Shown: positions 10,258 to 20,067 of the stretch, one piece after another
How the letters are laid out: each line of letters starts with the position of its first letter
Position numbering within the stretch: position 1 is the stretch's first letter
DNA from: a virus
DNA length: 64,000 bases
Strand: one strand, 5' to 3'
IMG/VR virus record: IMGVR_UViG_3300027792_000013
Location: 32,001-96,000 of that record
Translations under genes and position numbers: made by a program
The notes under the pieces: generated by a model
The model's input: only the letters and a program-made list of their open reading frames with translations
What the model was told of the DNA's origin: nothing
Databases searched by the model: none

Positions 10258-11277
10258 TTAGATAATCCTATATTTTTTCAAATATAATTTTACTTCATCA
10301 TAGGTCATTAAATAGTTTTCTGATGAATATTCTTTTTGTAAACAATCAGTAATCTTTTTCTTTTGTAGTTCTGGAAGGTGAGGACCTATAACATAAAATC
10401 CTTTGAAACTAAATGTTCTATAACATTCGGATTCACTAACCAAAACTTCATGTATTTTTTCTCCTGGTCTAATTCCAGTGATTTTAATTTTTAATTTTTT
10501 ATTTTTCTCTTCAATAATAGAATTCGCAATATCTGTGATTTTTGCCGATTTAACAATGGGAATAAATGTTTCACCTCTATCACCTTGAGATAAGGCCATC
10601 ATTATTGTTTCTACTCCGAGTTCAAGCGGTAATAAAAATCTTGTCATATCCGGGGTTGTAATAGTCAAATCTTTGTTAGCTTCAACTTGATCCAGAAACA
10701 AAGGAATAACAGAACCTCTGGACGCAATCACATTTCCATAACGAACGCAAACAAATCTGGTGTCAGATAAAAGATTTGCTGAAATAAAAATTTTTTCTTG
10801 AATTGCCTTTGTCATACCCATTACATTTATAGGCTTAACTGCTTTATCGGTAATAACACCTATAACAGTTTTGACTGGCAATTTATGTTTTTGTATAACA
10901 TTTACAATATTTAATGGACCACCAATATTAGTTTTAATGGCTTCATCAACAAAATATTCACATGTCGGAACTTGTTTTAAAGCCGCGGCATTAATAACAA
11001 TATCCGAATTTCTAATGGCTTTAAGAACTGAATCCTCGTTTCTAATGTCGCCAATTTGAAACTCAAGAAATGAATTACCATCATAAATGATTTCATCTGT
11101 AGATTTATTCAAATTTTTGTAAGCTAATCTCATATTATGTTGTTTTAATTCATCTCGTGAAAACACAATAATTTTTTTGGGAATTCCGTACTTACCGGTT
11201 AAAATATTTTCCAATAGTTTTTGCCCTAAACTCCCGGTACCCCCAGTAATTGTAATCACTTGATTTTCTAAAATCAT
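10258..11277 (-). CDS. UDP-GlcNAc 4,6-dehydratase/epimerase (FnlA/WbjB/CapE type)
   Basis: TGGTGSLG, FSRDELKQ, AAALKQVP, TDKAV, MGMTK, RYGNVIASRGSVIP, GIRPGEKIHE. Confidence 0.93.
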   Translation of the reverse strand: MILENQVITITGGTGSLGQKLLENILTGKYGIPKKIIVFSRDELKQHNMRLAYKNLNKSTDEIIYDGNSFLEFQIGDIRNEDSVLKAIRNSDIVINAAALKQVPTCEYFVDEAIKTNIGGPLNIVNVIQKHKLPVKTVIGVITDKAVKPINVMGMTKAIQEKIFISANLLSDTRFVCVRYGNVIASRGSVIPLFLDQVEANKDLTITTPDMTRFLLPLELGVETIMMALSQGDRGETFIPIVKSAKITDIANSIIEEKNKKLKIKITGIRPGEKIHEVLVSESECYRTFSFKGFYVIGPHLPELQKKKITDCLQKEYSSENYLMTYDEVKLYLKKYRII

Positions 11278-12143
11278 TTTTCCTCTTTTTTTATTATATT
11301 ATTATATACTTCAGAACTTAATTTTCTCTTTCTAATATCATCAATATAATTATTGATAAATCCGTTGAATGTAAACCAACCAAAAAAATCTGTATCGTGA
11401 TGAAAACACCAATAAAGAAAATCATTATTAACATAACTAAGTCCAAAGTACTGAATAATTTTTGGATGGATTGGAGTCATCCACTGTGGTTTCATAATAA
11501 AATCATTGACAATATTTTTAGATAATTTTTTAAATCCAATATACTCTAAAATATTTTGTAACAAATCCAATTTATACTGAATAGATAAATGATTATATGT
11601 ATTAAAACAATATTGGGCAGTAAAATCGGTAAAAATGTTACTTAATTTAATATCACAAAAACTATCTATGTAATTAATTCTTTCTATGTCGGTTTTATAG
11701 ATATAATTAAGGACTTGTTCATCAAATTGTATTTCGTGTACTTTTTTAATAATTGTTTGATTGTCAAAATCCAAATTGTCATAAATAATATTTGTAATAT
11801 CTGAACCCAATCTATAGTTATATTCTCCAATTGATGACTTTCTTTGATATGGCCACAAACAATTAAATGTTGGGTATGGGTATGCAATTTTTTGCCCATT
11901 AATTTTTTGAATGTTTTCATTTAATAAAGCAGCTCGTTGATAAATCAAAAGATCACAGTTTTCCATTTCTTTATTTGATGGTACTGTATTAATGTATTTG
12001 TTTTCTGTTATAAAATATGGAACGATTTTATATTCTTTAACAAATGATTTGTGTTTTTTCAATAGATTGTAAAAATTAATTGCTAAGCAATGTCCCTCGA
12101 TTATACATATTTTTTTACTCATTTTTAAACCACCAATTTTCAC
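11274..12143 (-). CDS. WcbI-like polysaccharide biosynthesis protein (putative acetyltransferase)
   Basis: N-terminal GHCLA (GNCQ-like), FNTYNH, PIHPKIIQYFGLSY. Confidence 0.7.
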   Translation of the reverse strand: MKIGGLKMSKKICIIEGHCLAINFYNLLKKHKSFVKEYKIVPYFITENKYINTVPSNKEMENCDLLIYQRAALLNENIQKINGQKIAYPYPTFNCLWPYQRKSSIGEYNYRLGSDITNIIYDNLDFDNQTIIKKVHEIQFDEQVLNYIYKTDIERINYIDSFCDIKLSNIFTDFTAQYCFNTYNHLSIQYKLDLLQNILEYIGFKKLSKNIVNDFIMKPQWMTPIHPKIIQYFGLSYVNNDFLYWCFHHDTDFFGWFTFNGFINNYIDDIRKRKLSSEVYNNIIKKEEK

Positions 12144-12663
12144 CGGTCACATAAAATGGAATTTTCATATCATTAATTGCCATTTTAACACTTTCAATAC
12201 TATAATCATGCCCGGCAATAATTTTCAATTTTTTTGTTTTTTTGATAGCATTTTTAACATCTCGTATAACATCATTGAATTCATGAGATCCATCAATATA
12301 GAAAAAATCTATTGATTCATCGGGAATATAAACAATATCAAAAACTTCTAAACTGTTATAAACCACAGTAATAATATTTTTTTCTATGTCATAATTTTTT
12401 ATGTTTTGAAAAAATCGATTTTTTATTTCTAGTTCTTTTGCGGCTTTTTCTGTCGGTGGGTTACTTCCCTGAAATGTGTCAATACAAAAAACTCTAATAT
12501 TTTTTTGTTTAATTATATCAGCCACGGAACAAATTGATCGTCCCTCCCAACAACCAACTTCAATAGTTATAGAATAATTCGGTAAATTAGTATATTGTTT
12601 GCGATAAAACACAATATCATATGTATTAAACCAACCCCAAGGAAGTTCACTATTTTCGTTCAT
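12115..12663 (-). CDS. class I SAM methyltransferase (Methyltransf_24-like)
   Basis: IEVGCWEGRS, IDTFQG, YIDGSHEF, IAGHDY. Confidence 0.88.
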   Translation of the reverse strand: MNENSELPWGWFNTYDIVFYRKQYTNLPNYSITIEVGCWEGRSICSVADIIKQKNIRVFCIDTFQGSNPPTEKAAKELEIKNRFFQNIKNYDIEKNIITVVYNSLEVFDIVYIPDESIDFFYIDGSHEFNDVIRDVKNAIKKTKKLKIIAGHDYSIESVKMAINDMKIPFYVTGENWWFKNE

Positions 12664-13582
12664 AATTCATACATGTTTTTTTGCAAATAGAATCATCGTT
12701 GTTTTTAATACAATTTCGCAACCTATTCAACTGCGGGCTATTATTCCAAATATCAACAAAACTATTGGTATTAATATTACCAACAACGAATCTACTCAAA
12801 AAACAACAAATCGCAACTTCACCTTCGGGAGCAATTGAAACCTCGGTCCAAGGAGAAATACAACTTGTAATTGGTTGCTTTACAATTTTTTCTGAAGTTC
12901 CCTCTGTTGGTCTCAAACTACCATAAATATCTATATTATATTTTTTAGCCAATTCATACGTCAAATTTAAAGTCTCCTTTTCTTTACTATCATATTTTAG
13001 TCCAAAACCTTCTGGATAAATATGTGATAATTCTAATATTGGTTCCTGTAATCGTACAACTTCAGCTCCGGTATTATGCGCATATTCTATGAATTTTGGC
13101 ATTTCCAAAAAATTGTAACGATTAACAATAACCGAAATTATTACATGATATGATCTTGGCTTTTTAACAAAACTTTCGTAGTTTCTAATAGTTTGTTCAA
13201 AGTTCCCTTGACCACCACTCAACATTATTTTGGTTTCCTTATCCAGTGAGTTCAGTGAAAAATTAATCCATTTAAGTGGAGAATCTCTCATAAGTTTTTG
13301 TTTTTCCACATCTAAATTTTCGCCAGTCGTAATAATACTATATTTTAACTTTCTGTCAATTAGCAACTGAATAATTTGATTAAAATTCGGATGTAAAAAA
13401 ACATCCCCATATCCACTTATATCAATATATTCTGTTTCCTCTGATTTAAAAGATCTAATAAAACTTTCTATTTTCTCAAAACTCAATAATATAGGTTTCA
13501 TATTTTTGTTATTACAAAAAATACATTTGTAACCACATGTAGTATTTGTACATAATGTTATACGAGATGGCATTTTAATCAT
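12650..13582 (-). CDS. radical SAM enzyme with SPASM/twitch domain
   Basis: CGYKCIFC (CxxxCxxC); C-terminal CISPW...GEVAICC...GNI...IWN...CKKTC. Confidence 0.9.
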   Translation of the reverse strand: MIKMPSRITLCTNTTCGYKCIFCNNKNMKPILLSFEKIESFIRSFKSEETEYIDISGYGDVFLHPNFNQIIQLLIDRKLKYSIITTGENLDVEKQKLMRDSPLKWINFSLNSLDKETKIMLSGGQGNFEQTIRNYESFVKKPRSYHVIISVIVNRYNFLEMPKFIEYAHNTGAEVVRLQEPILELSHIYPEGFGLKYDSKEKETLNLTYELAKKYNIDIYGSLRPTEGTSEKIVKQPITSCISPWTEVSIAPEGEVAICCFLSRFVVGNINTNSFVDIWNNSPQLNRLRNCIKNNDDSICKKTCMNYERK

Positions 13583-14153
13583 AATATTCCTCCGATTTTA
13601 AAGTTGACCACATAATGAGATTTGATAAAAATCGAAATGATTTTTCTAATAGATGATCGGTTTGTAATACTGTTTCTCTTTTAAATAAACAGTCAAAATC
13701 GATCATAGTAAGTTTTGATTTATCTTCAGTGATAATAAAATTTCTTGGAGATGGATCTAAAATTACAATATTTCTATTATAAATTTCTGACAGAATTAGC
13801 ATCATTCTAGATAAAATCTCTCGTTTTTCTTCGAATTGAAACCATCCATTTTTTTCGGCATCATAAACACTAGAACCTTCTAAATACTCACTGAGTAAAT
13901 AGAATTTTTCGTTGTTCCACCAAAAATCGTAGATTTTTACAATATTTTCAATATCTTTAATTTTTGGATATATTTTTTTATATGGATTTGTATAAAGTTC
14001 ATAATTGATTTTACCGTTAATATTATCGTTTTCATCGGGGCTCATAATTTTTAAAGTGTACAATTCATAATTTTTTTCAACTAAGAAAATATTGGTTCTA
14101 TTTGTTTGTAGATTTGAATAAATATGCTTAATAATTTTATAATCCTTTACCAT
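13575..14153 (-). CDS. protein-kinase-like fold kinase (sugar/glycan kinase candidate)
   Basis: TLK (VAIK-like), SEYLEG, DPSPRN catalytic loop, IDFD. Confidence 0.75.
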   Translation of the reverse strand: MVKDYKIIKHIYSNLQTNRTNIFLVEKNYELYTLKIMSPDENDNINGKINYELYTNPYKKIYPKIKDIENIVKIYDFWWNNEKFYLLSEYLEGSSVYDAEKNGWFQFEEKREILSRMMLILSEIYNRNIVILDPSPRNFIITEDKSKLTMIDFDCLFKRETVLQTDHLLEKSFRFLSNLIMWSTLKSEEYYD

Positions 14154-14788
14154 TTTCTCTCCAGTAAAAAAATCATTCTAGTTTCATTACTATGCATTCC
14201 CAAAAATACACCATAGAAAAAAGGAGTTAACCCCTCAAAGATTTTTTGGATGTTAAAGTTTTGTTTTTCTTCTGGCATATAATGATCGAACATAGTATTA
14301 CAGGAAATATCCTCCATTCCTACCGGTACCTCTAAAAACACTGATTTTGTTATTGTTGACAACTTTTCAAAAATCTTTGAATGGTTTTTATAATCTCTAT
14401 AAATATGATGATAAACACTACACATAATAACTAAATCAAATAATTCATCACTGTTATAATCAGTAAATGATTCAACTCGATATTCAATTGATTTACTGAA
14501 ATGTTCGGCAAAAATTTTGGCAGAATCGATAGAATCTTTTATGGTATCAATTCCAAGAATTCTCGTAGCGTATTTGGAAGATTCTAAACAATATAAACCA
14601 AAATTACAGCCTATATCAAATACACTACTTGGATTCAATTTTTCTAACACATGTCGTAAATGCCTGATTGTGTTACCGGCCTTTTGATCAATTTCGTAAC
14701 CACTTTCTGTAATTTTGAAATTTTGGTAAAAACTAATTCCATTTTTGTGTTTTTCGTCAATGATTTTTTGAAGTTGTTTAATTTCCAT
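14147..14788 (-). CDS. class I SAM methyltransferase (WbdD N-domain-like)
   Basis: VFDIGCNFG, GID, FDLVIMCSVYHHI. Confidence 0.82.
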   Translation of the reverse strand: MEIKQLQKIIDEKHKNGISFYQNFKITESGYEIDQKAGNTIRHLRHVLEKLNPSSVFDIGCNFGLYCLESSKYATRILGIDTIKDSIDSAKIFAEHFSKSIEYRVESFTDYNSDELFDLVIMCSVYHHIYRDYKNHSKIFEKLSTITKSVFLEVPVGMEDISCNTMFDHYMPEEKQNFNIQKIFEGLTPFFYGVFLGMHSNETRMIFLLERKW

Positions 14789-16642
14789 TTAACCGTCCTT
14801 TCTACAATTTTTACAATATGCTATATCACCATTTTTTATAGCATTTCTAAGTTTAGTATATCTATCTCCGTTCCAAATCTCCTCGAAACTCTGTTTAAAA
14901 ATATTTCCCATAATCATTTTGGACCAACAGCAAGGAGTAACCACACCCTTAGAATTAATAAAAAATTTAGTATAAACCCAGTCACAATTTTTTATTTGTT
15001 CAGATAAGTTTTGAACTCTTTGAGTTGATCCAACTTGGGTATCAAAGTTAAAAATGTTAAATTGAGCTCCGATTTTTTCCGCATATGCTTTCCATTCAAT
15101 AATTTTAGTACGATTTTCCAGAGTATCTTTAATAATTAAATCCGGTGTATATGTTAGAGTTGGGGTCAATCCTAAACATGAAATATTTTTGTTGTAGTGT
15201 TTTGCCAATCTAATAAAACTAGGAACCTCATCAAAATTGTAGGCATTCATAACAAATGAAAAATACAAAGTCTTTTTGTATTGTTTGACGAATTCATTAA
15301 TGTTATATAAAACAACTTCTAATCCATCAACCCCCATTAACTGCTTATAAGTATGTTTGTTCAATGAATTCAATGAAACTACAACTTCATCAACAGTAGA
15401 ATTATAAATTAAATTACGATTTTTTTCATTCAGCAAATAACCATTTGTTACAAATCGAATAGGAACATTTTTATCTGATAATTTTTTAATAATATTTTCA
15501 AAATCCGGATGAGCTAAAATTTCACCATAGCCGGTAATATCAACCATTCTGGCATATTCTAAAAGGGAATCTATCCCTTTTATATCATTTAATGTTATAG
15601 TTCTTCTTTCATTTGGTTGCATTTTAGGATTATGACAAAACACACATTTGTAAATACATTTCGTGGTTAATTCCAAAAATAAATCTATACTTTTTGTTTT
15701 CATAACATGCTCCATAATTTTACCCAAAATCGTATTTTTGTAATCTAAAAAATTATTATAATCTACGTGATTTAAAAATACTTGAGAATCCGGAAATCCA
15801 GCATACCAATGAATCCCAATTGTTTTGCTAGTAAAATTTAGCTGAGATCTAATTAAAAAAAGTTCAGGAATCTGTTTATGTGTATGATATGGGTAAACAG
15901 TCATCATATCAATATTACCAACAACGCAATTTTGAAATCTCTTTTGTATTTCAGCCGGGGAACTAAACTCTTTGTTTAAAAGTTCAGATCCATGAGTTTG
16001 ATAACTATTAAAATTTATTTTGGTTCTAATAGCTTTTTGGTGGATGTATGTATAGTATTGATTTTTTGGTGAACTTAACATAAATCCGATGCTATGATAT
16101 GTATCTTTACCATTATCATTTATACTAACTATAGTATCAATATTTGCGTTTTCCGGCGAATTTAAATGCAACTCATTCATTGATCGAAAATATAAGATAT
16201 CCATATCTGACCACAACCCACCTACATTTGATAGGATGTCCCAACGTAAATAATCAGATTTTATTACCTCGGGTATTTCCCTGGGATCTTCTATATTTGG
16301 AATGTTAACATCTAATTCAAAAAATTTCAGTGGGAGTTTTCTCAATAAAAACATATAGTCATTGTTTAAATTTCTTTCAAACTTATGCTCAAATGTTGTC
16401 CATGTTTTTTTCTCACTTAATGTCAAAGGTGAATAAAATCTAATTTCCCAATCCGGATTGTATTTCATAAACGAAAACACTGTTAAATATTTTAAAAAAG
16501 GCAGAGTTTTAGCTCCCCAATAAAAATGAACTATTTTAGGAATTTTTTTCAAATACCACTCATATTTAGTTATTTTTTGGTATTCTGAAAGTCTCCATAA
16601 ATTCATATTTTGTTCGTTACGAATGGAATTCAAATCAAGCAT
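14789..16642 (-). CDS. fusion: GT32-like DXD glycosyltransferase plus radical SAM/SPASM domain
   Basis: IPKIVHFYWG, SDYLRW, GGLWSDMD; then CIYKCVFC and PCC...GNI...IWNG...CKNC. Confidence 0.88.
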   Translation of the reverse strand: MLDLNSIRNEQNMNLWRLSEYQKITKYEWYLKKIPKIVHFYWGAKTLPFLKYLTVFSFMKYNPDWEIRFYSPLTLSEKKTWTTFEHKFERNLNNDYMFLLRKLPLKFFELDVNIPNIEDPREIPEVIKSDYLRWDILSNVGGLWSDMDILYFRSMNELHLNSPENANIDTIVSINDNGKDTYHSIGFMLSSPKNQYYTYIHQKAIRTKINFNSYQTHGSELLNKEFSSPAEIQKRFQNCVVGNIDMMTVYPYHTHKQIPELFLIRSQLNFTSKTIGIHWYAGFPDSQVFLNHVDYNNFLDYKNTILGKIMEHVMKTKSIDLFLELTTKCIYKCVFCHNPKMQPNERRTITLNDIKGIDSLLEYARMVDITGYGEILAHPDFENIIKKLSDKNVPIRFVTNGYLLNEKNRNLIYNSTVDEVVVSLNSLNKHTYKQLMGVDGLEVVLYNINEFVKQYKKTLYFSFVMNAYNFDEVPSFIRLAKHYNKNISCLGLTPTLTYTPDLIIKDTLENRTKIIEWKAYAEKIGAQFNIFNFDTQVGSTQRVQNLSEQIKNCDWVYTKFFINSKGVVTPCCWSKMIMGNIFKQSFEEIWNGDRYTKLRNAIKNGDIAYCKNCRKDG

Positions 16643-18872
16643 TTTTAGCGTCTCTCATTTGAATCAATTTAGATGTCATTTCGTGAACATATTTCATTCC
16701 TTCTCTTTGTAATTTAGCCGATAAATTAAATGGATGTCTACGATGCCATCCACAAACTTTGGGTAAATATGCGAATCTAACACCATTTAAAACCATTCTA
16801 CAAAACATATCATGGTCTTCACAGGGAGTCAGTTGCCAATCACCAACATTTATTCTAGCATGTTTTCGCCACAACCAAATTACCCCGATATTATATCGTT
16901 CAAAAAATTTATGTGGATTCCATTCCATGTTCACTTCTTCATTATAATTTTTTCTTCGTTTTTCAATTAACCCAGTTTCATCCATTACACCAATTTCACA
17001 GCAAGTGTAAACAAAATCAATTTCGGGATGTGTATCAAGAAACATTACCATTTCTCTAAGTGCTTGAGTATAGTACTTATTATCACTGGCTATCCAGGTT
17101 TCGTATTCACCTTTACATACACTAAAACCAACATTAAGGGCACTTCCTGTACCACCGTTTTCTTTATGGATAATTTTTATTCTTGAATCCCTGATGTTGT
17201 CAATAATATTTTTTGTCTCATCCGTTGAACCATCATTTACAATGATCAATTCAAAATCTCTAAATGATTGATCTAAAACACTTCTGATTGATTCTTTGAT
17301 ATATTTAGATTGATTGAAAGTTGGCATTACAATTGAAACTTTTGGTTCTCCTTTTGTTGTATTTGTTGGCAAATGCATAATCATTCCCTTTCGTGTCATT
17401 CTTGAAGTTTGATAATGTTCAATTACAGATTCGTTAATACCTTTCATCAAATCAAAAATTTTTGTATATTCTGGTGGCAGTTTATAAACTTTAATATCAG
17501 GAAAAGCATTGACGACCTCTTGTAGATTTGTTTGTTCATTGCATTCGCTGGTATTAAGTTTTTCATTGTTTTTTTCAATCCATCTGTCAAATACAAATCT
17601 TCCTCTGTCGGTGTTTTTTACAAAAAGTGTTCCACTCAATAACTCAGTTCCATTTCTATAATGAGCGGCTAGATCACAATCAGTCAATTTAGTAAATAAG
17701 ATCGGATAAGTTTGAACTACGGCATCAGCATCAATCCAAACAATATCTTTTCCTCTATGTTTGTCCATCATTTCTCTAATAAAAGCTGCTTTGTAATATG
17801 AATTTATTCTCCAGTTCTTCCTAACTGTTGAGGGGTCATTAAGAGGTGCATAGTTTCCACTTAAAATCTTTTTGATGTCATAATCAATCCCAAATCTATT
17901 AAGCGATTCTATTAAGTTTTTAACGTTTTCTTCGTAAATTGTAGCTTCGGTAAAATAGGAAACCACTATAAATTTATTGGGGATATTAAATTCAAGTTTG
18001 TTATAATCAATAAAATCAAAACAACGAAGACGGGATTTTTCATTTGTATTAAATATTTTAAATCCCTCTTTTTTATATGTATTAGCAACTATCTCAAATT
18101 GTTTTACGTAATCCAATAAAACATTTTCATTTAGATTTGCTAGAGGATATCCGGCATGGTGATGAGTTTTTTCTGGTTCAACATAAAAGTCATAGCCTAA
18201 CAAATAGATTGGATTAGCGCCTAAAGCTAGAGCCAAAGACAATCCAGAAAATCCACTACAATTACCGCCAAAAATTCCTTTAGAAAGATCTAGACTCAAA
18301 CCATGGGGCCCTAAGTATGGAATTGTATATACTTCAGGACCGAACGGATAGTCATGAGTATCTAACCACGTTTTAAGTCCTTTATACTGATTGTATAATG
18401 CCTGATTTTCCGGTCCTAGTTTTGAAGCCTGAATCCATCTATAAAATCTTGAGTCACAACTATGCATAATTGGAGCAAACATGCAGGTTTCAAAACTACG
18501 ATTTAAAGCAATTATTTTTTCTGATTTTAATTTTGATATTTCTAATTGACTAACACTTGTACCACCACCAATAATAAAACATCTTTGATTTTTCCAAGCT
18601 CCACTTGTCATTATGTCACTTAAAAGTTTCTTTTTATTTGGTTGTGGTACCGGCGAAGATGATTTTGGTTTATTTACATTTTGTCTATGAGCATCTAAAT
18701 GTTTTTGCGAAACTATTGGTTGTTGTCCTGGTCTAGCTAGCATATTTTTGTATCGTAAATCTAGCCCTTCTGGTAAATTTGTGTTAATACCTACCTTAAT
18801 TTTATAAACCTTTTTTTCCGACGTTACTTCTAAATTCCATGGAGTTCCCAATAAATTAATATAGTCGGCCAT
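16635..18872 (-). CDS. multidomain glycosyltransferase: Maf/DUF115-like + GT-A (WIDAD) + GT2
   Basis: CFIIGGGTS...IYLLGYDF; KAAFI...VWIDADA...EQTNL; VSIVMPTFNQ...SVLDQ...VNDGSTD...WIASD. Confidence 0.87.
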   Translation of the reverse strand: MADYINLLGTPWNLEVTSEKKVYKIKVGINTNLPEGLDLRYKNMLARPGQQPIVSQKHLDAHRQNVNKPKSSSPVPQPNKKKLLSDIMTSGAWKNQRCFIIGGGTSVSQLEISKLKSEKIIALNRSFETCMFAPIMHSCDSRFYRWIQASKLGPENQALYNQYKGLKTWLDTHDYPFGPEVYTIPYLGPHGLSLDLSKGIFGGNCSGFSGLSLALALGANPIYLLGYDFYVEPEKTHHHAGYPLANLNENVLLDYVKQFEIVANTYKKEGFKIFNTNEKSRLRCFDFIDYNKLEFNIPNKFIVVSYFTEATIYEENVKNLIESLNRFGIDYDIKKILSGNYAPLNDPSTVRKNWRINSYYKAAFIREMMDKHRGKDIVWIDADAVVQTYPILFTKLTDCDLAAHYRNGTELLSGTLFVKNTDRGRFVFDRWIEKNNEKLNTSECNEQTNLQEVVNAFPDIKVYKLPPEYTKIFDLMKGINESVIEHYQTSRMTRKGMIMHLPTNTTKGEPKVSIVMPTFNQSKYIKESIRSVLDQSFRDFELIIVNDGSTDETKNIIDNIRDSRIKIIHKENGGTGSALNVGFSVCKGEYETWIASDNKYYTQALREMVMFLDTHPEIDFVYTCCEIGVMDETGLIEKRRKNYNEEVNMEWNPHKFFERYNIGVIWLWRKHARINVGDWQLTPCEDHDMFCRMVLNGVRFAYLPKVCGWHRRHPFNLSAKLQREGMKYVHEMTSKLIQMRDAKNA

Positions 18873-18888
18873 AATAGTTCCTTATTTT

Positions 18889-19440
18889 TTAAATTTTGCA
18901 TATCATCTCTTTTGTAATATATTGATTTTTAGACAACTCATAAATGGGAATTCCAAACACCGTCTCTTTGGGAATTAAATTTTCAATTAGTTCAAACTCT
19001 GAATTCTCAAAAAAGTATTCGTGTATGCCACAAACAAATTTATATGAACCTCTTGGTATGATATCAGAACTCAAAGTTTGTTCAAATAGAATCTGATAGC
19101 GATTTCTATTCAAATAGGCATCCAGTTCCGGATATGTTTTTCGTACTTCAGAAACTGTTGTTTTAAAAATTTCATCACTTGAGTATTCTTTGAGTAAGTA
19201 CAAAGTTGAAAGTATAGCCGCTGCCCGTGATTCACCAACTAATAAATTAATTGTTATTTTTAATTTGCGAATCATTTTTTCGAAGATTCCCAAGGCGTTT
19301 TTTTCATGAGTTAAAACTGGTTGTCTGATAATTTGTCCGGTTTGATCGATTAGACCTAATTCGAAGGCATCCCAATCTTTAAATGGTCTTGCCAATAGAT
19401 CCGCAAATTTATAAGCTAGAAATGCGCTTACAATACTCAT
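18889..19440 (-). CDS. conserved T4-like phage hypothetical protein
   Basis: AYKF..LL..PF..WDAF.LGLID..G pattern recalled from T4-like phages near the helicase gene. Confidence 0.7.
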   Translation of the reverse strand: MSIVSAFLAYKFADLLARPFKDWDAFELGLIDQTGQIIRQPVLTHEKNALGIFEKMIRKLKITINLLVGESRAAAILSTLYLLKEYSSDEIFKTTVSEVRKTYPELDAYLNRNRYQILFEQTLSSDIIPRGSYKFVCGIHEYFFENSEFELIENLIPKETVFGIPIYELSKNQYITKEMICKI

Positions 19441-19643
19441 TTGTTTCCCAATAGACTCCTATATAATTCAGAAACTGTTTTATTTTTCCAGTCATCATAG
19501 TTAAATTTTGGGTTTAAAATATATAGGGCATCACTAGGAAATTCATCGTCTTCAAATACTCGTTGTAATTTTTGTGAGGATTTCTTTTTTGTATAGATCT
19601 CAAATTTTGATAACGCACTGAAATAATCACCAAATGTTTTCAT
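19437..19643 (-). CDS. small late protein with capsid-targeting-like N-terminus
   Basis: MKTFGDYF start; late promoter at 19659-19666. Confidence 0.6.
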   Translation of the reverse strand: MKTFGDYFSALSKFEIYTKKKSSQKLQRVFEDDEFPSDALYILNPKFNYDDWKNKTVSELYRSLLGNK

Positions 19644-19658
19644 TAGAACCTCTGATTG

Positions 19659-19666
19659 TATTTATA
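19659..19666 (-). promoter_or_regulatory. T4-type late promoter TATAAATA heading the operon that runs into the glycan cluster
   Basis: Exact consensus in the intergenic gap 19644-19675. Confidence 0.75.
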
Positions 19667-19675
19667 AAAATACAA

Positions 19676-20065
19676 TCATTTTCTCGTATCGTTAGATTCT
19701 AACCAAAACAAAAAATTTCTTGACATTCTATTACTAATTTTTATATCAAAAAAATAATAGACAAGACTACAAAAATGTTCGTATACTGCTTCTGATTCAC
19801 TAAAATATTCTACGGCTATATATGACAAGCTCTGAGAACCGAAAACATTTTTTATTAAAACGAATAAGTTATAAATCACTAAAAACTGAACATTGCCTTT
19901 GCTTATATGTTGTTTTATAGCTTTTCTTAGCTTTGAAATCTTGTTGAAATCTTCATTAAATTCCGTAAGTTTGTTACCATTTGAATTCTCGTAGAGATTC
20001 AATAAATTGATGTCAATTTCAGTAGCATTTAACTTCTTTTTTAAACTAAATATTAGGTTTGACAT
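19676..20065 (-). CDS. conserved T4-like phage hypothetical protein
   Basis: EFNEDF..I..L...I......G...N......NVFG pattern, typical neighbour of gp41. Confidence 0.65.
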   Translation of the reverse strand: MSNLIFSLKKKLNATEIDINLLNLYENSNGNKLTEFNEDFNKISKLRKAIKQHISKGNVQFLVIYNLFVLIKNVFGSQSLSYIAVEYFSESEAVYEHFCSLVYYFFDIKISNRMSRNFLFWLESNDTRK

Positions 20066-20067
20066 TT

